Position numbers and translations under genes: made by a program. Positions 48,623 through 57,234 of a stretch of DNA of 62,854 nucleotides are shown piece by piece. Position 1 is the first letter of the stretch. The number at the start of each line of letters is the position of its first letter. The notes under the pieces were generated by a model. The model saw only the letters and a list, made by a program, of their open reading frames with translations, had not been told where the DNA came from and searched no databases. The stretch covers positions 1-62,854 of the forward strand of contig CAYPPQ010000002.1 of assembly GCA_964412635.1 (NCBI GenBank), read 5' to 3'. Source of the DNA: an uncultured Planctomycetia bacterium (GTDB taxonomy: Bacteria; Planctomycetota; UBA8108; UBA1146).

Positions 48623-51345
48623 CGAGGAACCTCCTCTCCACCGATGAATACCCTCTTGAGACGACTTCCTGTCTCCATCGGGTGTCCATCCCAGATCAAC
48701 AGATCCGCATCCAGGCCCTTCTCGATGGAGCCGACGGTGTCGGAACTCCCCAGCGCCTCCGCTGCGCCGGTGGTCAGGGCTCGAAGTGCCTGATCAGCAC
48801 CCATACCCCGTTCCACCGCCTCCAGTGCTTTCCTCGGCAAGATCCTGGCACCGTCCGCCGCCACACTCTGGAAGGCGACATTGATCCCGCTTCTACTGAG
48901 AAAGGAACCGGGCGCAAATTCTTCATCCTTCAGGGAGTTGGTCGCCGCCGGCGGCAGGATCACCGACACCGATTTCTCTGCGAGCATCTCCCTGTAATAG
49001 AACATGTCCGCTCCGAGGCGCACCGTCAGTGGAATCTTGTTCTCGGCAAAGAAATCGATCACCGCTGCCGCAACGTCGAGGCCACTCGGTGTCACCACGA
49101 CGGGAATCTCCTTCTGGAGAACCGCTCTCACAGGTTCCAGTGCGAGATTCACCCGTGGAGGATTGGGACGGCCATCCTCGTCGCGCTTCTTGCGACGCTC
49201 GACCTTGAAAGCCTTCGCCTCCTTGCTGGTCCGGGTGCCGACCACATCAGCATTGAACTGCAAGATGGAGATGGTGCCGGTGAGAGAGTCTTCTCCCGTC
49301 AACTCGGCATTGATCCTCGGCTTCTCGGGGAGCACCCCATCTTCCACCTCGATGGATCCCTCGATGGTGGTTCCCGAGAGGGTTCCCACGACCCGCACCG
49401 GGATCGGAGGCGCAGGGTCGATGACCCTCCCCTCGAAATTGTCGCCTTGCAAGGTGATGGAGAGTTTCACCTCCTCCGGTTCCGGTATCGGACCACCACT
49501 GATGGACAGTTCCCAGATTCCGGTGAGAGGATCGGGGCCGCTCTCTTCGACGACCGTTTCCTCCACCTCCTCCTTCTTCTCGATCTTCTCCCCCGCAGCT
49601 TTCTTTTTCTTCCATTCCGCGAGGTCTTTCTCGTACTTGGTCCACGAATCGAGGTACTTCTTACCCTGTCCCAGCAACATCTTCACTCGATCGAGTGCAT
49701 CGTCTGGATGACCACCAACCTCGAGAAGCAGGGCCGTGACATCGCTACCGATCCTGTCGGAGCGAGTGCGCCCGGCGGTCTTCACCATCACTCCGGTGCC
49801 CGCCCCACGCTGCAATCGCTTGGGGGTCAGCAACTGGGAGGTCACGCCCGCCCTGGCGACACGATGTTCCGGCGCATCGGCGGCTCCGATGATCCGGCCA
49901 AGTCGATCTCCGGTTCCCGCCGAGGCCTGGTCTCCGCGCAACCCGAGGTGTCCGTAACTGTCGATGAAACCGGGAACGATGAATCCATCAGGACCGGCGT
50001 CCACCACCCTCGAATGGGGTGGATGGGGAACTCGATGACCGACCGCAGCGATCTTGCCATCTTCCATCAGCACCTCACCATCCTCGATCCGCTGATCTGG
50101 CGAGATCCAGATGGTTCCACCACGGATCACCGTGGCAGTTTCCTGGCGAGGAACCCATGCACGAAGACCATCGGCATAGACCGCCATCGGCTGGGCAGAG
50201 AGATTCCATGGTCCACGATTCCAGATGACGAGATCTGCGTCGCAACCCTCTTTCAGTTCTCCTACACGGTCTGCCACCCCGAGGATCCGTGCCGGATGCG
50301 AGGTGACCAGTGGAATCGAGTCGTTTGGATCCTCCATGTGGGCGGCGACTTCCATCAGTGCCCAGCGCAGTTGCCCGAGATCATTGCCTGGTGGTGCCAA
50401 GGCCACCATCGCATCCGCTCCCAGCAGAGGCCATCTGTCGAGCCCTTCAACCGGCTCATCGTTGAAACCGACATCTCCCTTGGGAGCAGCAACTCGAAGC
50501 ACCAGAGGAATCCCGGCGGCCGTCACAGCCGACGCAACCTCCTGGATCTCCTCACCTCCAACGATGTATCCGGGACGATCCTTGCCACGCATGAAGGAGA
50601 TCGCAGCCAGAATCTCGGCGGCCCGGGAAGCGACCATCCGCAACGGCAGGTCGGAAGCCCAGGCGGTGGCGAGGATCTCGTGCTCTGCTGGATCCTTCTG
50701 CGCCGCTCCGATCGCCTCACTCAGTGCCAGCAATCTTCCGATGCGACTGCGCGGCCTCTGAGGAGTGGGAGCGTTGATGGCTACATCACTGGATGCGGGG
50801 AAGGGAATCTCGAGCAGCGGCCTGGGATTGTCGACCGCATCGGTAATCGACAGGGACAGATCGGCCGTGCGACTCAGGATTCGCTGATGTGCGCTACCGA
50901 CCAGCTTGACCACGGCACCCTGTCCACTGAGAAGCCGATGCTCTCCAGGACTGATGTGTGCGCTGGTCACACCCGTTTCCAGCTGTGGGCGATAGTCCCC
51001 GTAGCGATCGAAACCATCCGCTGCCTGGAACGCAGCAGAGACATTTTCCGGTGCGGTATGGGGAGCGACGATGGAACTGGAAGCGGCAACCCAGCCCGGT
51101 GTCACGTAGGCATCCGGCCAGTGAATCAGCGGCAGATCGAACAGCATCTCGTCTTCGGATAACTGTTGCCACGGTCCGCTACGCACCACCTTGCCGTCGC
51201 GAACCGCCACCGCTCCATCGACGATGACATCGGTTCCAGTGTGGACGGTGCCCGCGCGGATCAGGAACCCATCGGCTGCCTGAGCCGATTGCACGGGCTG
51301 AACCAGGAGCAGTAAGATCCCCGTCAGGATCACAGGTAAACGCAT
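48619..51345 (-). CDS. Secreted amidohydrolase-fold protein 5: two tandem degenerate domains, with a beta-rich insert in the second
   Basis: Signal MRLPVILTGILLLLVQPVQSAQA at ATG 51345; the track's 51618 start runs into the upstream gene. Domain a has PGWVAASSS; domain b has PGFIDSYGH. Both end in GxLKEGxDAD/GSIEKGLDAD. Confidence 0.85.
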   Translation of the reverse strand: MRLPVILTGILLLLVQPVQSAQAADGFLIRAGTVHTGTDVIVDGAVAVRDGKVVRSGPWQQLSEDEMLFDLPLIHWPDAYVTPGWVAASSSIVAPHTAPENVSAAFQAADGFDRYGDYRPQLETGVTSAHISPGEHRLLSGQGAVVKLVGSAHQRILSRTADLSLSITDAVDNPRPLLEIPFPASSDVAINAPTPQRPRSRIGRLLALSEAIGAAQKDPAEHEILATAWASDLPLRMVASRAAEILAAISFMRGKDRPGYIVGGEEIQEVASAVTAAGIPLVLRVAAPKGDVGFNDEPVEGLDRWPLLGADAMVALAPPGNDLGQLRWALMEVAAHMEDPNDSIPLVTSHPARILGVADRVGELKEGCDADLVIWNRGPWNLSAQPMAVYADGLRAWVPRQETATVIRGGTIWISPDQRIEDGEVLMEDGKIAAVGHRVPHPPHSRVVDAGPDGFIVPGFIDSYGHLGLRGDQASAGTGDRLGRIIGAADAPEHRVARAGVTSQLLTPKRLQRGAGTGVMVKTAGRTRSDRIGSDVTALLLEVGGHPDDALDRVKMLLGQGKKYLDSWTKYEKDLAEWKKKKAAGEKIEKKEEVEETVVEESGPDPLTGIWELSISGGPIPEPEEVKLSITLQGDNFEGRVIDPAPPIPVRVVGTLSGTTIEGSIEVEDGVLPEKPRINAELTGEDSLTGTISILQFNADVVGTRTSKEAKAFKVERRKKRDEDGRPNPPRVNLALEPVRAVLQKEIPVVVTPSGLDVAAAVIDFFAENKIPLTVRLGADMFYYREMLAEKSVSVILPPAATNSLKDEEFAPGSFLSRSGINVAFQSVAADGARILPRKALEAVERGMGADQALRALTTGAAEALGSSDTVGSIEKGLDADLLIWDGHPMETGSRLKRVFIGGEEVPR

Positions 51346-51346
51346 C

Positions 51347-52939
51347 CTAGCGACCTCCCCCCGCCGGCTGATCCGTGGAACTGCCATCCGGTTCCTTCGC
51401 TGGCGGATCCTCGTCGGACTGATCCTTCTTTTCCGAACTCTCCTGGATCGGTTCCCCACTATCGCCCGATTTCTCTTCATCGCCGGGGACGGTTTCACCC
51501 TCTCCAGCACCCTCTCCCTCGGAGTCAGCTCCTTCTTCGGCTGCTGCCTCACCATCGAGAGGAGTCGGCGGCGTCGGCTCTTCTTCCACCTCGGGGAACA
51601 ACTTCTCGAGGCGTGCATCTTTTTCGCGGTCGTAGGCGAGGATTCCCTCGACGTACACCTTTTGCACCCACGAGTTGAAGTCGAGAGGATTGCCGGTCCA
51701 CATCACCAGGTTGGCGATCTTTCCCGACTCGATGGAACCGTATTGCTTGGCGATCCCGCACACCTCTGCGGCACCCAGGGTGATCTTGCGCAGTGCCTTT
51801 TGCGGATCGAGACCGGCGCGGACCAGGCGAGCCGCCTGGTAACCGAGGAATCTCTCCGGCATGGCATTGGAACGAGCCGGCTGAATCGCAAATTTCACCC
51901 CGGCCTTCATGTAGACCGCTGGAATGAAGGTCTCCTTCACGTCACTGGTGATGGGATCACGCTTGCGGAAGATCATCTCGGCACCGAGAACCACCGGCAA
52001 GTCCGCCTCGGCGATTTCTTCCACGGCAAGGTGAGAATCCCCTCCCATGACGAGGACTGCCCGTCCCTGCCACTGACGATCCTCGATCAGAGCCACAGCA
52101 GGAGCCACATCGGTGGCAGCTCCGCAGTAAATCCACGCTCCCAGCCTACCGTCTTCGAGATAGGAGAGATGCCGGTGTGCATCGTCCAGATCCTCGTCCT
52201 CGATCAGTTCCATCCCCTTGCTCCGCGCCTCTTCAGGAGGCAGTGGATCGACATCGTCTTCCTTCTCTGCGTGCATCTCGTACTTTGTCTCGGCGAGATC
52301 TTGTCGCCAGCGATCGAGTTCGTGGAACACCTCGCGCAACTCTGCAAGCTGGCGCTGTCTCTCGTATCCCGTCCTGGGAGTCGTTGACATTTTCAGCGCC
52401 ATACCAGGCATACTCGTCATCTCATCCGGGGAAAGACCGATGGGGTGGACGACTCGACTGACCCCACCGACCACGCAGTTATTGCCCTGCATGACATGGA
52501 TGGTAGTGACCCCATTGCGCAGAGAATCCTCGAAGAAGAAACGAGAGGGATCGATGGCGTCATAGACATCGACGAAGGGGGCTGAGGGAAGATTTTCGTT
52601 GGGTACATCTAGCCCGTCAGCACTGTGTGGATCGACAAACCCCGGTGCCAGGGTCATGCCGGTGCAATCGACCTCCATCGCATCGTAGGGAATCGCCATT
52701 GCCCCATCGCCGACGGCGGTGATGATTCCATTCTCCACCAGAACCACGCCACCCTCGATGGTCGGTCCCGAGACGGTGATCACCGTACCTCCGGTGAATG
52801 CGACCTTCGAGCCCCTTTCCGTCGCCTCGGCGGCGGACAGGGTGACGAAAATGGTGACCAAAACGGCAATCACCAGTGGGAGTGTCTTCATGTTATTCAG
52901 CTTCATCGCTTGCTTGCCTCCAGGGATCCTCATGATCAT
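51347..52939 (-). CDS. Secreted amidohydrolase-fold protein 4 (partial ligands) with a long acidic disordered C-tail
   Basis: Signal ending SAAEA; PGFVDPHSA keeps one His; ALKMS keeps the Lys; later His/His/Asp are replaced; GSIESGKIANLV. Start is 52939 (ATGA overlap) or 52906. Confidence 0.85.
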   Translation of the reverse strand: MIMRIPGGKQAMKLNNMKTLPLVIAVLVTIFVTLSAAEATERGSKVAFTGGTVITVSGPTIEGGVVLVENGIITAVGDGAMAIPYDAMEVDCTGMTLAPGFVDPHSADGLDVPNENLPSAPFVDVYDAIDPSRFFFEDSLRNGVTTIHVMQGNNCVVGGVSRVVHPIGLSPDEMTSMPGMALKMSTTPRTGYERQRQLAELREVFHELDRWRQDLAETKYEMHAEKEDDVDPLPPEEARSKGMELIEDEDLDDAHRHLSYLEDGRLGAWIYCGAATDVAPAVALIEDRQWQGRAVLVMGGDSHLAVEEIAEADLPVVLGAEMIFRKRDPITSDVKETFIPAVYMKAGVKFAIQPARSNAMPERFLGYQAARLVRAGLDPQKALRKITLGAAEVCGIAKQYGSIESGKIANLVMWTGNPLDFNSWVQKVYVEGILAYDREKDARLEKLFPEVEEEPTPPTPLDGEAAAEEGADSEGEGAGEGETVPGDEEKSGDSGEPIQESSEKKDQSDEDPPAKEPDGSSTDQPAGGGR

Positions 52940-54483
52940 TTCAATCCTCCACCTGCATTGAAGGAAATCACTCCTTCATGGAGAACTTTTTCAACTCTTG
53001 AGAGGGACGAGAACGGAGTTCCGCTCCAGACAACCAGGTCCGCCTTCTTTCCTGCTTCAATCGTTCCCACCATCGTCTCGATACCGAGTAAACGAGCAGG
53101 ATTCTGTGTCACCAGTTGGAGTGCTTGGCGCGGATCAACCCCGTGGCGGATGGCGAGCATCACCTGGCGGGCGAGACCCTCCTCACCCCTCAGATCCTGA
53201 GCACTCAGCGACACCTCTACCTCGGATTCGATCAGATCCCGGAGGGTACTGAGTCGGGAATCACGACTCTCGTTGGTACCTGCCAGGATGCCGCTGGGGC
53301 TGTCGTAAACGGGACCGAACACCACATCGACATCACGACTGGCGAGCAGGTCGACTCGTTTCCAGGCCTCGACCGGATCTTCCAGTATGAAGTTCAGACC
53401 GAACTCTCCGCTGAGCCGGAACGCGGTCTCGATGTCGGGAGCGGTTCGTGCCTGGATGCGCAGAGGGATCTCCCCGGCGAGCACCTGCGACAGAACCCGC
53501 GACGCTTCAGGGCTCGACGTGTCTGCACCGGTGGGGTCGATTCCATTGGCTCGCAGGAATGCGTCGTGAAACGCCTTCCGGAAGACCCACGCCACTCCCA
53601 TGCGGCTGTCGGGTCTGCGGGTGTAGACACTCACGATGTTGCGGAACGGACTTCGATTTCGCGATCCGTAGCGATAGGCATCGCTGCCCAGCACGCCCTT
53701 GACCGCGCCCGCTCCGATGTATCGGGATGCGAGTGGTCCCCCCGTCTTCAACATCGATCCTCGACTGCCGATCACCGCCGACGAATCGGGGCTGACATAG
53801 ACGGTGGTCACACCTTCACGCAGCAGCCGATCGAAATCGTCCGATCCCTGATCGAGGGCATCGAGAACTTCGAACTGCGGGACCACCTCACTCGATTGCT
53901 CGTTGACAACTCCACTGGGCGCTGGCACTCCGGCAGCTCGATTTCCGCTGACCAGGCTCTCGATCATCTCCTCGGTCGGATCATGCGGATGGGGATCGTG
54001 GTCTGGCCAGCCACAGTAGAGACACATCTCTTCCTCGACGTGCAAGGTCAGTGCTGGACAGACGGTTCCACAGGGGCACACGTCACCACCGTGATAGTGT
54101 TTCTCCAGCCCCATCGCCTTGAGAATCTGCAGTCGAGGACTCTCTCCCGGAAAATCGATGGCATCCGCCACATCGATGCGGGCGTTGGCATCGATCATTC
54201 CCGGCGTGATGTCGGAAACCCGGAGAATCGTGGCACCTTCAGGGGCGGTCGCCCCCGCCTGCACGCTCTGGATGGTTCCATCCTTGATGGTGATCAGTGC
54301 TTGCTCGACGACGGAGCCATCACCGATATGGGCCCGCTCCGCCAGGATGACCACATCACGGATCAACTCTTCTTCCGATGCGACGGCGCTCCCCACCAGA
54401 CAGAAGAGAGCCAGCATCGGCAGGAGCAACTGCCAGCTGCGATTGTTCAGCAAGGATCTCCGCCTCGGGACTGTACTGTTCAT
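52936..54483 (-). CDS. Secreted amidohydrolase-fold protein 3 (ligands absent) with a Cys/His-rich insert
   Basis: Signal with RRRSLL, ending SAVA; PGMIDANAR; GVTTVYVSP; AVKGVLG; VTQNPARLLG...GTIEAGKKADLV. Confidence 0.87.
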   Translation of the reverse strand: MNSTVPRRRSLLNNRSWQLLLPMLALFCLVGSAVASEEELIRDVVILAERAHIGDGSVVEQALITIKDGTIQSVQAGATAPEGATILRVSDITPGMIDANARIDVADAIDFPGESPRLQILKAMGLEKHYHGGDVCPCGTVCPALTLHVEEEMCLYCGWPDHDPHPHDPTEEMIESLVSGNRAAGVPAPSGVVNEQSSEVVPQFEVLDALDQGSDDFDRLLREGVTTVYVSPDSSAVIGSRGSMLKTGGPLASRYIGAGAVKGVLGSDAYRYGSRNRSPFRNIVSVYTRRPDSRMGVAWVFRKAFHDAFLRANGIDPTGADTSSPEASRVLSQVLAGEIPLRIQARTAPDIETAFRLSGEFGLNFILEDPVEAWKRVDLLASRDVDVVFGPVYDSPSGILAGTNESRDSRLSTLRDLIESEVEVSLSAQDLRGEEGLARQVMLAIRHGVDPRQALQLVTQNPARLLGIETMVGTIEAGKKADLVVWSGTPFSSLSRVEKVLHEGVISFNAGGGLK

Positions 54484-55688
54484 CGGTTTCCTCCCAGTTC
54501 GCTGATGGCTTCCGTGGAACGGATGGGAAGGCGCTCGCCTGCCACCCAGACCTTGAGAACCCGTGCTCCCGGATCGAGGGGATCGGTGCTGAAGAGCACC
54601 AGGTCTGCCCTCGCTCCCGGAGCGATGACACCGGTGTTACTCGCCTCGACAGCCCGCGCGGGATTGCTGAAGAGCGCTCTCCGCGCTGCGGCCGGGTCGA
54701 GTCCAGCCGCCACGGCGATGGCTGCGCTGCGTCTGAGGTGATCGGAATCGTGGCGCGGCAACCCTCCACGAAATGCCAGTTCGACCCCCACCTCGGCGGC
54801 TCGAACTGCAGTATCTACCGCTGCGGAATCAGCCCCTTCCTGGAAGGGGCCCACCACCATCAACGCATCGGTGCGAGCGGCGAGACGATCGATGGGAGAT
54901 CGTGCATCTCCGTCGTGGATCAGTACCGGAAGCGTTCCCCAGTTACCTTCTGATACACCGTTGGCTGCTACCGGTAACTGTCCCCAACCGGCATCGAGGG
55001 CCTGCCTCAAGTCGATCGCTTCGGGACAGTAGAGGAACCCGGGGTTGCTGCGGATGGTGTGGCTCGTCGTGCTCGTATCGTAGTGCAGCGCAGTTTTCCA
55101 CCGGGCGACCATCGACACCCGGGAGGTGGGCTCACGGGAGGAATCGAGAACCGAACCGGAGAGGGCGAAGAAGGGCAGATCAGTGCCGAGCGATACCGCT
55201 GCGGCATTCGACTGACACAGGAAGGTCGCCGTCTTGCCGTTGACCAGCCCGCTGGGAGCAGCGGCGATGGTGGTGTAGAGGATTCCCTCCCTGGCCGCCT
55301 GGCCCAGGTGGGGATCGGTCGGATCGAACCCCTCACTGGCAGACAATCCCCAGTCCCACAGCTTGGTCCCCGCCTGCAACGATCCGCGACCTCCAAGGGA
55401 GCCGAACAGATCGTGTAATCCGGGAGCGAGAATCGCTCCAGCGGGTGCTTGCACGGTGCGGAACTCATCACCATCCACCTGATCGGAGGGGATCACCCCC
55501 TCGATGTTTCCGTCGGCACCGACCACCACTGCCATTCCGGGACAGATGCTACCGTCCCCTGAAACCACCCCGACATCGGTGATGACGAGAGACTTCAGCG
55601 GCGCTGAAGAACCATGACCGGTTTGCCAGAAAGCCGTCGCCAACAGCGACGAGAAGAGCAACAGAATCACCGTCGAAAGATGCCGCAT
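54480..55688 (-). CDS. Secreted amidohydrolase-fold protein 2 (ligands absent)
   Basis: Signal MRHLSTVILLLFSSLLATA; PGLHDLFGS; LFSNPARAV...GVIAPGARADLV. Start 55688 is a TGATG overlap. Confidence 0.83.
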   Translation of the reverse strand: MRHLSTVILLLFSSLLATAFWQTGHGSSAPLKSLVITDVGVVSGDGSICPGMAVVVGADGNIEGVIPSDQVDGDEFRTVQAPAGAILAPGLHDLFGSLGGRGSLQAGTKLWDWGLSASEGFDPTDPHLGQAAREGILYTTIAAAPSGLVNGKTATFLCQSNAAAVSLGTDLPFFALSGSVLDSSREPTSRVSMVARWKTALHYDTSTTSHTIRSNPGFLYCPEAIDLRQALDAGWGQLPVAANGVSEGNWGTLPVLIHDGDARSPIDRLAARTDALMVVGPFQEGADSAAVDTAVRAAEVGVELAFRGGLPRHDSDHLRRSAAIAVAAGLDPAAARRALFSNPARAVEASNTGVIAPGARADLVLFSTDPLDPGARVLKVWVAGERLPIRSTEAISELGGNR

Positions 55689-57076
55689 CAGAAACTCCCT
55701 TCCCGGGTACCGGCAGGTCGCTGCCACAGCACCTTGCCGTTGATGATCACCCGTTCCGGACGAGCTGCCGGATCTACCGCCGGGTTACCGCTCCACAGCA
55801 CGACCTCGTTGCTGCCCCGGCGCAGCCAGCCTCCAGCGCGCCCCTGACTTCCCTGGCGGATGCCCAGCTGCAGCGGATTGGTGTCGGGGTCTGCCCCCGC
55901 TCTCTGCTGAAAGACTCTCCACAGGGAGGTGCTCTCGCCGCCACTACCCAGCGACCACGGGATCTCCGCCTCGTCGAGTCGGCTCAGCAGCGAGGGATCG
56001 TGACGAGGAGTGGCTCCTCGCTGGAACTGTCCGCTCCCTCCATCGAGGAGCAACTCGACATCTTCCAGTTCCTGGAGCTCTTCCAGCAGCAGGTGAGCCT
56101 CGTCCGCGCCGTGGATGATCGCCTTCAGCTGAAATTCCTCGATGAGGTCGATGGCATTCTGTATATCCTCGCTCCTGCGAGCGGTGATCAGCACCGGCAG
56201 ATCGTGATCGAGAGCCTTGAGAACCAGTTCACCAGCGGGATTTCTTCCCGGACGACCCGGCTTCTCGGGCCCCTTCTCCTCTTCAGCGTCCCCGTCCTTC
56301 TCGGACTCGTCCGCCTTCTTGTCATCCCCCTCTTCTCCCTCTTTCTCCTTCTTCTCCGCCGCTTCTTTCAGAGCTTCCAGATACTCCTCGAGATCTTCCG
56401 AGTAATCATCGGACTGATCGCGAAGATCTCGCGCCGAGATGAATTCCTTGCGCAGGCTCTCGTAGGTGCGAATCCTCTGGATGGAGCCTCCGACGCTGAG
56501 ATCGATGTGAAGCGCCACATCGTCATCGCTCGGCTTTCCGAAGCCACCATTGTCGCGCGCCTGTAGCGACACGGAGGTGACGCGACCGACGATTCCGGCG
56601 GATCCCTTCGGTACCAGGTGGACCCGGGTGATCCCCGAGGCGAGTACCTGCAGGATCTGTTTCGAATCGAAGCGGTCAAATCCATCCCAGGCCCTGTGGA
56701 TCGCTCCCCCCTTCGAGGTCGGCGTCAGGGTCAGTGACGAGGAGAGATCGGTCAGCCCTGCGGTGGCGTAGAGTCCACCCACCTTGGGCTTCCGAGCCAT
56801 CATGTTGCCCTCTGCGTCACTTCCGATCGCCTGGATGCGGCCCTGGCGCAAGACGATATTGATCCCCTCGGCGACGGTGCCGTCTGGCCGAGGCACGTGG
56901 ACCCCTTCCAGAACTACATCCCTGGCAAAGAACCCCTGTGCCAGCAGCGACGTGGAAGAACCACACAGCAGCATTAGCAGCAGACAGACCCTGGAGAGAT
57001 GGCATCCAGCGCGGACAGGAGATCCCCTGCCGACGCGCAACGGGAGAGAACAGTTGAGCTTCATCTTCGTCATCAT
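55688..57076 (-). CDS. Secreted amidohydrolase-fold protein 1 (ligands absent; C-terminal motif eroded)
   Basis: Signal ending STSLLA; AGLTDLSSS; SGITRVHLVP; LITARRSEDI; IHGADEAH. Likely start 57076 after an AGAGGG RBS. Confidence 0.8.
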   Translation of the reverse strand: MMTKMKLNCSLPLRVGRGSPVRAGCHLSRVCLLLMLLCGSSTSLLAQGFFARDVVLEGVHVPRPDGTVAEGINIVLRQGRIQAIGSDAEGNMMARKPKVGGLYATAGLTDLSSSLTLTPTSKGGAIHRAWDGFDRFDSKQILQVLASGITRVHLVPKGSAGIVGRVTSVSLQARDNGGFGKPSDDDVALHIDLSVGGSIQRIRTYESLRKEFISARDLRDQSDDYSEDLEEYLEALKEAAEKKEKEGEEGDDKKADESEKDGDAEEEKGPEKPGRPGRNPAGELVLKALDHDLPVLITARRSEDIQNAIDLIEEFQLKAIIHGADEAHLLLEELQELEDVELLLDGGSGQFQRGATPRHDPSLLSRLDEAEIPWSLGSGGESTSLWRVFQQRAGADPDTNPLQLGIRQGSQGRAGGWLRRGSNEVVLWSGNPAVDPAARPERVIINGKVLWQRPAGTREGSF

Positions 57077-57215
57077 TTTCCCTCTGATTTTCGGCCTGTT
57101 GACTGATTTTTGCAGATCCACCGCATCTCCACGCGGATCTCCTGTCCGCGGAAGAACGAGTACATCAGGGGCTCCCTGATCGGTCATGGTATCGCGAGAC
57201 GACCATCCGGCTCTC

Positions 57216-57234
57216 ACCCGCAGGTCCTGCGGGT
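57216..57234. promoter_or_regulatory. Perfect 9-1-9 inverted repeat ACCCGCAGG-T-CCTGCGGGT in the divergent amidohydrolase-operon/pdxS intergenic region
   Basis: The palindrome is read directly from the sequence; an operator role is inferred. Confidence 0.45.

Noticed and set aside
48682-54741. Long opposite-strand ORFs (48682-51162, 826 aa; 53116-54741, 541 aa) and similar ones such as 57483-58604 and 34789-35982
   Set aside because: These are antisense shadows of well-supported genes in GC-rich DNA, with no motifs and an atypical composition.
44644-57076. Calling the amidohydrolases hutI (imidazolonepropionase), urease or dihydroorotase
   Set aside because: They are exported, eight of nine domains lack the ligands, and no hut, ure or pyr genes are adjacent. 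The fold is supported but a specific function is not.
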